Assembly: GCA_963733035.1 (NCBI GenBank) | Contig: CAVTBU010000009.1 | Location: 64,001-128,000 of the forward strand | Direction: 5' to 3' | DNA length: 64,000 bases | Source of the DNA: Pirellulales bacterium | GTDB taxonomy: Bacteria > Planctomycetota > Planctomycetia > Pirellulales > PALSA-1355 | Shown here: piece after piece, positions 53,614 to 61,635 of the stretch | Numbering within the stretch: position 1 is the first letter of the stretch | Layout: every line of letters starts with the position of its first letter | Notes under the pieces: model-generated | Seen by the model: the letters and a program-made list of their open reading frames with translations, nothing else | What the model was told of the DNA's origin: nothing | Databases searched by the model: none | Made by a program: the position numbers and the translations under genes

Positions 53614-54276
53614 GTGGTGGAGCCAGCCTTCGACACGAAACAGGCCGTGGCGCGACTGCGCCGCGCGGACCGGGCCTTGGCTAGCGTGATCAAACGGGCG
53701 GGTGCATTCACGCATCGCCCCGAAAAAATGGAAAGCCCGTTTCAGGCGCTCTTTCGCGCGATCATCTACCAACAGCTCTCCGGCAAGGCGGCGTCGACAA
53801 TCCTGGGGCGCGTGATGGCCCACTATCCGACGCGGAGAAGCTTCAAGCCCGCCGCGGTGCTGGCCACGCCGGATGCCAAGCTGCGAGCGGCCGGAATGTC
53901 GAACGCGAAAGTGGCGGCTGTGAAGGATCTCTCGGCCAAAACGCTCGACGGTACGGTGCCCACGCTGGCCCGGCTGGTAAAGATGAGCGACGAAGAAATC
54001 ATTTCGCGGTTGGTCCAGGTACGGGGAATCGGCGTCTGGTCGGTGGAGATGCTGCTGATCTTTCGGCTGGGACGCCCGGACGTGCTGCCAGTGAGCGACT
54101 TAGGCGTGCGGAAGGGCTTCATGCTGACGTACGGGCTCGACGAATTACCAGCGCCCAAGGAGCTACTTGCGCACGGAGAGTGCTGGCGCCCCTATCGCTC
54201 GGTGGCGAGTTGGTACATGTGGCGAGCCGTCGACCTGGCAAAGAACAACGGTAACGGGCGACCGGCGCTGCCGTAG
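53614..54276 (+). CDS. alkA: DNA-3-methyladenine glycosylase (AlkA-like HhH-GPD)
   Basis: IIYQQLSGKAA, RGIGVWSVEM, GRPDVLPVSDLG, WRPYRS. Confidence 0.9.
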   Translation: MVEPAFDTKQAVARLRRADRALASVIKRAGAFTHRPEKMESPFQALFRAIIYQQLSGKAASTILGRVMAHYPTRRSFKPAAVLATPDAKLRAAGMSNAKVAAVKDLSAKTLDGTVPTLARLVKMSDEEIISRLVQVRGIGVWSVEMLLIFRLGRPDVLPVSDLGVRKGFMLTYGLDELPAPKELLAHGECWRPYRSVASWYMWRAVDLAKNNGNGRPALP

Positions 54277-54316
54277 TCGCTAATCCGTCATGCAGTGCCG
54301 GGGATAGAACCAAAAG

Positions 54317-55771
54317 CTACGCCAGCATCTTTTCCACCACGTTTCCGCCGACGTCAGTCAGGCGAAAGTCACGCCCTTGGAAGCGGTAGGTGAGTTGCAG
54401 GTGGTCGAGCCCCATCAAATGCAAGATCGTCGCCTGCAAGTCGTGCACGTGGATGCGGTCCTCGACGGTGTAGTAACCAAGTTCGTCGGTGGCACCAATG
54501 GTTTGGCCGCCCTTGATGCCGCCGCCGGCCAGCCACATGGTGTAACCGTCGACGTGGTGGTCGCGGCCGATGAGGTCGCGTGGCTCGCCCATCGGCGTGC
54601 GACCGAACTCGCCGCCCCAAACGACGATCGTGTCTTCCAGTAGACCACGGGCTTTTAAGTCTTTGACCAAGGCCGCGGCCGGGCGATCGGTTTCGCGGCA
54701 ACGGGCATCGAGTGGTTCGCCGAGGTGCGTGTCGTTGTTGCCGTGATGATCCCAATCCGTGTGGTAGAGCTGCACGAAACGGACGCCGCGCTCGACAAGC
54801 CGGCGGGCGAGCAGACAGTTGTTGGCAAATGAGGGCTTGCCGGGCTCGGCTCCATAAGCCTCGAGCGTTTCCTTGGTCTCGCTGGTTACGTCGATCAGCT
54901 CCGGCGCGCTTGATTGCATGCGGTACGCCATTTCGTAGGCGGAGATTCGAGTGGCAATTTCCGGATCGCCGACCGCGGCCAACCGCTCGGCGTTGAGCGT
55001 TTGCACGGTGTTGAAGAATTCGGCCTGGCGTCGCTGGTTGACGCCCGCGGGATTCGACAGGTTGAGGATTGGCTCAGGGCCAGGAAGCAGCGGCACGCCC
55101 TGGTAGGCGGTTGGTAAAAAGCCGCTACCCCAAAGCGGATTGCCGCCGCGCGGGCCGCGAGGCCCGGATTGCAACACGACAAAACCTGGCAAGTCGCGTG
55201 ACTCGCTACCGATGCCGTACGTGAGCCAGGCGCCCATGCTGGGCATGCCGAACCGGCTGGAGCCGGTGTTCATGAACAGCTTGGCCGGGCCGTGATTAAA
55301 CACGTCGGTGACCATACTCTTGACGATGCAGACGTCGTCGACGATGGTGCCCAGTTCGGGGAGCAACTCGCTGAGCTCCGCGCCGCACTGACCGTGTTTG
55401 GCAAACTTACGCTTGGTGCCCAGCAGCTTGGCATCACCCTTGATGAAGGCAAAGCGTTTGTTCTTGGTGTATTCGGGCGGAACTACCTGGCCGTCGAGTT
55501 CCTGCAGTTTGGGTTTGTAGTCGAAAAGTTCGAGTTGACTGGGACCACCGGCCATGAACAGGAAGATCACCCGTTTTGCCTTGGGGACAAAATGGGGCTT
55601 CCGCGGCGCGAGCGGATTCCGCAGATCGGGGGGATCAATGGCGGCCTGGGTCTCGCCGGCCAACAGCGACGAGAGGGCGATGGCTCCCAAGCCGACGCCG
55701 CACTGGCCGAAGAAGTGCCGCCGTGTTGTGTGCAGCAGCTGAGTGTCGTGGGCGGCAGATTGCTGTCGCAT
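54317..55771 (-). CDS. DUF1501 domain protein
   Basis: TRRHFF, MAGGPSQLELFDYKP, LLARRLVERGVRF, WDHH, GEFGRTP, FQGRDFRLTDV. Confidence 0.92.
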   Translation of the reverse strand: MRQQSAAHDTQLLHTTRRHFFGQCGVGLGAIALSSLLAGETQAAIDPPDLRNPLAPRKPHFVPKAKRVIFLFMAGGPSQLELFDYKPKLQELDGQVVPPEYTKNKRFAFIKGDAKLLGTKRKFAKHGQCGAELSELLPELGTIVDDVCIVKSMVTDVFNHGPAKLFMNTGSSRFGMPSMGAWLTYGIGSESRDLPGFVVLQSGPRGPRGGNPLWGSGFLPTAYQGVPLLPGPEPILNLSNPAGVNQRRQAEFFNTVQTLNAERLAAVGDPEIATRISAYEMAYRMQSSAPELIDVTSETKETLEAYGAEPGKPSFANNCLLARRLVERGVRFVQLYHTDWDHHGNNDTHLGEPLDARCRETDRPAAALVKDLKARGLLEDTIVVWGGEFGRTPMGEPRDLIGRDHHVDGYTMWLAGGGIKGGQTIGATDELGYYTVEDRIHVHDLQATILHLMGLDHLQLTYRFQGRDFRLTDVGGNVVEKMLA

Positions 55772-55776
55772 GGCAT

Positions 55777-58290
55777 TTACTCCCGAGTGATAAACTCGTC
55801 GAGATTCAAGAGCACGCGGGCCACCATCGTCCAGGCAGCCGCTTCTTCCGGTGGAGTGGACCCAAGCGGCTGCGGGGCGACCTCCAGCGCGGCGGCACGA
55901 TCGGAAACAAACTCGGTGCGCTGTGACTCCAAGTACTCGAGCAGGCGGACCAGTTCCGAGTCCGTCGGCTTGCGCACGAGAGCTTGCCGGAACGCACACT
56001 CGGCACGAGCGCGATCCCCGGCTGCCGGTTGCGCGAGGAGCTTCGCGGCAAAACCTTGAGCCATTTCGTAGAACGCCCGATCGTTTGCAAGCGTCAGCGA
56101 TTGCAGCGGCGTATTTGAGCGTGCCCGCCGCGTACAGGCAACAACGGCATCGGGAACGTCAAATGTTTTTAAGAAAGGGTAGGGACTGGAGCGCCACAAA
56201 TACGTGTACATGCCGCGGCGGTAGCGATCCTCATTCTTGTTTTCGCCCCAGAATTTCTTCTGCTGCGTGAAGCGATAGATACCCTCTGGCTGCGGTGGAT
56301 AGACGCCGGGCCCGCCGATTTCACGCGTCAATAGGCCGCTGGCAGCCAGCGACACGTCTCGAATCACTTCGGCTTCCAGCCGCAGCCGCTGTTGGCGGCC
56401 AAGCAACTTGTTGTACGGGTCGGCGGCGGCTAGATCCGCGCGCGCTCCAGACGACTGCCGGTAGGTATGACTGGTGACGATCAACCGATGCAAGGCTTTC
56501 TGACTCCAGCCCGCGGCAATGAATTCGCCGGCCAGCCAATCAAGCAAGTTGGGATGCGACGGCAGTTCGCCTTGCATGCCAAAGTCATTCTCCGTAGCGA
56601 CGAGGCCTTGACCGAAGTGTCGCTGCCAGATGCGATTGACCGTAACGCGTGGCGTTAACGGCTGGGCCGGGTCAACCAGCCAGCGGGCGAAATCGAGCCG
56701 GTCGGGACGCTTGCCGTGAACCTTCAGCGGAAGCAGCACCGCTGGCACGCCGGGTTGCACGGCCGCTCCCGTGTTGAGGAAATCACCCCGAATGTGGACA
56801 AAGGTTTCGCGCGGCTCGTCACGTTCGCGCATCACCAGGGTGGTGGTAATCTGTTCGTTGATCTGCTGTTGCTGCTGCTCGAGTTCCTCGATGCGTTTGG
56901 CCAGCGGCACACGCTCGGGATCGATCTTTTGATATTCCTTGCGCAGCAACTCAAGTTGTTCCTTGCTTCGTTCAGGGGCGGGAACGTCGATCGCAGCTAA
57001 AACTTCCGCCGCGAGCTTGAGTTTTTCGCGATTCTCGGCCGGCGTGCTGGCGACCATGGACTCCCACTCGGCCTGTCGGCTGCCGGAGTTGGCGTCGACC
57101 ATTGCCAAGCGTTCGAGTGCCTGCTTGATTTCAGCCGCCAAGGCCGGCGTTTCCTTGGCCTGCTGCTCGGTAGGCACTTGCAGCGTCGGCTCGTCGCCAC
57201 AGTTGAAAATGGCAAAGAGCTGATAGAACTCGCGCTGCGTGATCGGATCGAACTTATGGTCGTGACAACGTGCACAACCAAGCGTTAGGCCCAGAAACGT
57301 GGACCCGATTGTGCTGATGCGGTCGACCACGGCCTCGACGCGGAATTGTTCCTGATCGGTACCACCTTCCTCGTTGACCATCGTGTTGCGCTGGAATCCA
57401 GTGGCAATTCGCTGCTCTCGGGTTGCATCCGGCCGCATGTCGCCGGCGAGTTGATCAATGGCGAACTGATCGAACGGCAGATCGCGGTTAAGGGCATCAA
57501 TGACCCAATCGCGATACTTCCAAATCGATCGTGCACCGTCGATCGTATAGCCGTTCGAATCGGCATAGTGGGCGATATCAAGCCAATGTCGCCCCCAACG
57601 CTCGCCGTAGTGCGGGCTGGACAGCAAGCGGTCAACCAATCGCTCGTAGGCTTCGTCATGTGTATCGGCCAAAAACGCGTCGACTTGTTCAATCGTGGGG
57701 GGGAGGCCCGTCAGATCGAGGCTCACTCGGCGGATCAACGTCGCCTTGTCGGCCTCGGGCGACGGCTCCAAATTGGCGGCCTCGAGCCCGGCAAGGATGA
57801 AGGCATCGATCGGATTTCGCACGAGCTGTGCATGTCTGACAGCGGGCACCTCGACATGGGCGAGCGGCTGAAACGACCAGTGATCGCTTTGACGCTGCAC
57901 AGCAAGCGGATCCGCATCCGCCGGAGCCGTCGCGCCGGCGTCGATCCAGCGCCGCAGAACGGCAATTTCGGCGGTTGATAACGGTGGGCCGTCCGGGGGC
58001 ATCTTGGCCACGGCATCGCCGTCGCCGCACACGGCCTGGATCAGCAGGCTTTTGCCGCTGTCGCCCACAACGATGGCCGGTCCACTATTGCCTCCCAGCA
58101 ACCGTGTGTCGGCGCGGTCGAGCCGAAGGCCGGACTCCTGTGTATCGGCGCCGTGGCATTCAAAACAGTGTTGCGACAGAATTGGTTGCACGTCGCGGAC
58201 GAAGTCGACGTCGGTCGCCAACACCGGGAACGCCCACATTGCCGTGCAGGCTATCATCACCAAGCGCGTTGTCCGGGGAAAGGCTGACAT
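55777..58290 (-). CDS. PSD1 / planctomycete cytochrome C domain protein (DUF1549-DUF1553)
   Basis: VDFVRDVQPIL..CFECHG, HWSF, YGERWGRHWLD, CARCHDHKFDP, PSHP.LLDWLA, NTPLQ.L, NLDEF. Confidence 0.93.
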   Translation of the reverse strand: MSAFPRTTRLVMIACTAMWAFPVLATDVDFVRDVQPILSQHCFECHGADTQESGLRLDRADTRLLGGNSGPAIVVGDSGKSLLIQAVCGDGDAVAKMPPDGPPLSTAEIAVLRRWIDAGATAPADADPLAVQRQSDHWSFQPLAHVEVPAVRHAQLVRNPIDAFILAGLEAANLEPSPEADKATLIRRVSLDLTGLPPTIEQVDAFLADTHDEAYERLVDRLLSSPHYGERWGRHWLDIAHYADSNGYTIDGARSIWKYRDWVIDALNRDLPFDQFAIDQLAGDMRPDATREQRIATGFQRNTMVNEEGGTDQEQFRVEAVVDRISTIGSTFLGLTLGCARCHDHKFDPITQREFYQLFAIFNCGDEPTLQVPTEQQAKETPALAAEIKQALERLAMVDANSGSRQAEWESMVASTPAENREKLKLAAEVLAAIDVPAPERSKEQLELLRKEYQKIDPERVPLAKRIEELEQQQQQINEQITTTLVMRERDEPRETFVHIRGDFLNTGAAVQPGVPAVLLPLKVHGKRPDRLDFARWLVDPAQPLTPRVTVNRIWQRHFGQGLVATENDFGMQGELPSHPNLLDWLAGEFIAAGWSQKALHRLIVTSHTYRQSSGARADLAAADPYNKLLGRQQRLRLEAEVIRDVSLAASGLLTREIGGPGVYPPQPEGIYRFTQQKKFWGENKNEDRYRRGMYTYLWRSSPYPFLKTFDVPDAVVACTRRARSNTPLQSLTLANDRAFYEMAQGFAAKLLAQPAAGDRARAECAFRQALVRKPTDSELVRLLEYLESQRTEFVSDRAAALEVAPQPLGSTPPEEAAAWTMVARVLLNLDEFITRE

Positions 58291-58400
58291 CGGCGAGCGG
58301 GTCGGCTTTCTGGTGGCGCGGCGGGATTGTCGCCCGGCGGGAACGAATGGGCGACTTCAATCATCATAGACGAAACGCGGGGGGCTGAAAACCATCCGAA

Positions 58401-59405
58401 TTAGTCCGCAAGGGTTCCGTCGCCGGAGATTCGACGCCAAATCGCGGCTTGCCCCCGAGCGCTGAGCAGTTCCGTATCTTCCGGCGAAACGAGCGTCAGA
58501 TGTTTGGCCAGCCCGAGCTCCTCGAGCGCGGTGCGATAGCTGGCAGAAAGAGGTGCCGTGGCACATAGAACAATGGGTGTTGGTTCACTCGCCTCCTGCA
58601 TGAGATAGGCGAGTTCGGCACCGAGCAAAACCCCACTGAGAAACGCTCGATTTTTCGCCCCAGAGATGCCCAAAAGGAGTTGTCTCGTACGGACGCGAAA
58701 CAGCGCGGCCCCGAGAGGCAGCGACGCTCCGGCGCGAACACCGGCCCTGAGCGAATCTGCCTCGGCAAGGACCTCGGCAATACTGGCGTCTACTTGCGTT
58801 GAGTGTTGCAAGATGCTGTGCGTTGTCAGCACATCGAATAGCTCGCCAGTCATGAATGTTTGAAATGACACGAGTTGCCCATGCTCGACTAGCATGTGTT
58901 TGGAATGCGTGCCCGGCTTGATAACCCGCGCCGCTTCGGCAAGGTGTTTGGCCCCAGGCAGCGTGAACAGTCCGATCAGTTCGGTCTCTTCGCCCCGCAT
59001 CACGTCTTCGTCGGACCGGACGCCGGAAATGAGCACAACGCGGTGTGAGCCGACTTTGCTCTCCAGCGGCTCGGCGTCGCTCGACGTCAACCCGGATCCA
59101 TCGACCGGTATTGGCAGGCGGGCATAGGGCAGTTCCTGCCAACCGATCGACGAGGTGGCCATGCCGGAAACGAGGATCGGCGCGCCGGCCAGTAATTCGG
59201 GCTGATCGGCAATGAGCGGGCGAATTCCCTCGGCAAGCAGCGCACGATAGGCCGGGGACCGTTCGTCGGAACCGTGAAGCTTGGCCAGACTTGCCACGCC
59301 GTCATAGGAGCGAAATTCTGCAGTAACCTGCCAGCTATCGAGACGCACGATCCGCAACCGCAGGCGGCTGGTCCCCCAATCGCAATTGACGATGGCTGTT
59401 GGCAT
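58401..59405 (-). CDS. dgoK: 2-dehydro-3-deoxygalactonokinase
   Basis: DWGTS.LR, GM..S..GW.E.PY, DVMRGEET, PGTHSK, TFMTGELF, LSG.L.G.E. Confidence 0.9.
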   Translation of the reverse strand: MPTAIVNCDWGTSRLRLRIVRLDSWQVTAEFRSYDGVASLAKLHGSDERSPAYRALLAEGIRPLIADQPELLAGAPILVSGMATSSIGWQELPYARLPIPVDGSGLTSSDAEPLESKVGSHRVVLISGVRSDEDVMRGEETELIGLFTLPGAKHLAEAARVIKPGTHSKHMLVEHGQLVSFQTFMTGELFDVLTTHSILQHSTQVDASIAEVLAEADSLRAGVRAGASLPLGAALFRVRTRQLLLGISGAKNRAFLSGVLLGAELAYLMQEASEPTPIVLCATAPLSASYRTALEELGLAKHLTLVSPEDTELLSARGQAAIWRRISGDGTLAD

Positions 59406-59634
59406 GCGATGAAAGATGTAACGCGACGCCGCCCCCCTGGGATCTCGGGATCGGCAAACTACCCAGTTTCACTAGGCCATCGTGGCGGGGCGAGAAACAA
59501 TGGAAATTGTCGACTAGCACGAACCGGATGGCGGAACTTTAGCCAGCCGCCGGGGTATCAATAGTCAGTGGAGTTTGACGTTCTGCTGTAAAGGCGTCAA
59601 CGGCTTCCATTTAGCTGTCCAGGTGGCATCAGGC

Positions 59635-60366
59635 ATGACTGCAAACCATCGCCGCCAGCGGGGTTTCACACTCGTCGAATTGCTGGTCGTCATCGCAATT
59701 GTGGGCATTCTGGTGGGGATGCTTCTCCCGGCGGTGCAATACACGCGTGCCGCCGCTCGTCGAGCCCAATGCCTATCGCAGCTCCACAACATCGGCATTG
59801 CAATGACGAACTACATGGATACCCACGGCCAGATGGCCCGTTTTCCGGACTGCGCTCGGATGCCCAGTATTTCAAAACGTGAAAGCATCGTGACGACGCT
59901 CGGACCTTACGTGGAACGGGGAAACCTGATCGTCGACCGCTCGGATGTCGACACGCCAACTGCCGCACCTGCTGACGACGATCCCTACGCCGATGCCAAT
60001 CCGGACGCAGACCCGACGCCAGCTCCGACAGCGCCGGGCTCAAAACGACAGTTGGAACACGACCCGATTTTCCGCTGCCCGAGCGACGACATGGTTTACC
60101 GAGATGAGGCCCTGGCGAGTATTTCGAAACCGGCCGAATCGATGAGCTATTACGAAGCTGAGGGGACAAGCTACGAGTACAACGACCGGGATCTGGCCTG
60201 GAAAACTCGCCCTCAGGTTTGCACCTATCGCCGCCGTGGAGTAGAGATCCAGCGCAGCAGCGCCACGGTGTGGATCGCCTACGATTTCGACCACTTCCAC
60301 GGTTCAAAAGGCGAAGACGGCGCACGGTGTTTCGTTTATATGGACGGCCATGCCGACTCGAAGTAA
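59635..60366 (+). CDS. DUF1559 prepilin-type N-terminal cleavage/methylation domain protein
   Basis: [32 protein letters not shown], terminal H...MDGH. Confidence 0.9.
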   Translation: MTANHRRQRGFTLVELLVVIAIVGILVGMLLPAVQYTRAAARRAQCLSQLHNIGIAMTNYMDTHGQMARFPDCARMPSISKRESIVTTLGPYVERGNLIVDRSDVDTPTAAPADDDPYADANPDADPTPAPTAPGSKRQLEHDPIFRCPSDDMVYRDEALASISKPAESMSYYEAEGTSYEYNDRDLAWKTRPQVCTYRRRGVEIQRSSATVWIAYDFDHFHGSKGEDGARCFVYMDGHADSK

Positions 60367-60393
60367 CCGGTTGGCGGAAAGCGAACAACGCAC

Positions 60394-60999
60394 ATGAACA
60401 ATTCCAGGGTGATTCGACGACCAGTAGCGACACGTAGCGCAACGAAGGAAAAAACGGGCGGCAGAGGCAAGTGGATTGCCGCCGTACTACTTCTATTGCT
60501 GATGGCGGGGATCGCCTACGCGTTCTACCCCAGCCGCGACCCGGCGCTGGCGCGCATTGACGAAATTCGAGCCCAGATGGATGGTGCCAGTGATGCCCAG
60601 CGACGCGAACTCTGGGGCGAAATGCGCAAGCAGTTCGAAAACCTGTCGCCCGAAGCGCGTGACCAGATGCGCGAGAATTGGGGACAGCGTCGCGAAACCC
60701 GCGAGGGACAACGCCTAAGCGAGTTCTTTGCACTCTCGCCGCAAGAGCAGATCAAGAAGCTCGACGAGGACATCAAGCGCGACGCACAACGCCGTAGGCA
60801 GTGGGCGCAGCGGTCTGGCAACGGCGGCCAAGCGGGTCGTGGGGGACCCGGTGGAGGGCGAGGGCGAGGCGGAAATAACAGCGGCGATCCCAACGCCCGG
60901 CGCAAGAGCTATCTGGATAATTCGTCCGCCATGTCGCGAGCGATGCGCGGCGAATACCGCCGAATGCGAGACGAACGCAGCAAGCAACTTGGCTTGTGA
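60394..60999 (+). CDS. Hypothetical single-TM, charged helical protein with RGG segment
   Basis: One hydrophobic segment, Arg/Glu-rich helices, GRGGPGGGRGRGG; 27 nt after DUF1559. Confidence 0.75.
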   Translation: MNNSRVIRRPVATRSATKEKTGGRGKWIAAVLLLLLMAGIAYAFYPSRDPALARIDEIRAQMDGASDAQRRELWGEMRKQFENLSPEARDQMRENWGQRRETREGQRLSEFFALSPQEQIKKLDEDIKRDAQRRRQWAQRSGNGGQAGRGGPGGGRGRGGNNSGDPNARRKSYLDNSSAMSRAMRGEYRRMRDERSKQLGL

Positions 61000-61144
61000 T
61001 GTTTCGCGATCCAGAGCTTTCGGCTACGAATTGCCGTTGACTCACAGAAGGTGCTGCCTCTAAACTCCGCCCCCTCCCGGTTCTCGCGTGATCGACAACG
61101 CGAAACGAAGAACCGGCACTGACAGTCTTCATGGGGACGTTTCG

Positions 61145-61381
61145 ATGCGGCTGCTGATTTTTCTCGGTGTCTTGGCAGTGATTGGTCTCGTTGTTACCGG
61201 CGCAATCAAGTTGCAACGGACCGACGACAACACCATTACGATTCAGATCGACAAAACGCGCGTCAAGCAAGAGGCCAGGACTGTCGTGGATAAAGGCGAG
61301 GCCGTGCTGGAAGGCGCCAGTTCCGCGGTGCGCGAAGCCGCCCGCCAACCAGAGGCCAGTCAAGATCCCGTTTCGCGTTAA
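61145..61381 (+). CDS. Small hypothetical exported/membrane protein
   Basis: GGGG RBS-like, MRLLIFLGVLAVIGL N-terminus. Confidence 0.65.
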   Translation: MRLLIFLGVLAVIGLVVTGAIKLQRTDDNTITIQIDKTRVKQEARTVVDKGEAVLEGASSAVREAARQPEASQDPVSR

Positions 61382-61455
61382 TCCTGGTCGTCCACCTCGC
61401 CGGATTCGAACTCTCGTGAGATTGCCGCCACACGTCGGCGGCCGAAGCAACTCGC

Positions 61456-61491
61456 AGTTGCCGGCTTCTCCCTGCGCCGGCGAACTTTTTT
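61456..61491 (+). terminator. Possible intrinsic terminator
   Basis: AGTTGCCGGC...GCCGGCGAACT followed by a T-run. Confidence 0.35.
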
Positions 61492-61635
61492 CATGCCTCG
61501 CGGCCGCAAAAAAACCTTGTCTGAGGCTGGTATCAGCCCCCTCTGACAAGTATCTTGGCCGCATGGGAATACGGTCCGAGGCGGTGCCGCTCCGCCCTCT
61601 GACGCGGCGTCCCGAAACAGCAGAGGCGAGAGGCC

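Noticed and set aside
59533..59561. ECF-type promoter GGAAC-N17-GTAT before DUF1559
   Set aside because: Short motif, cognate sigma unknown, could arise by chance
61516..61550. Imperfect palindrome CTTGTC...GACAAG upstream of the PqaA fusion
   Set aside because: Too many mismatches to call a binding site without further copies
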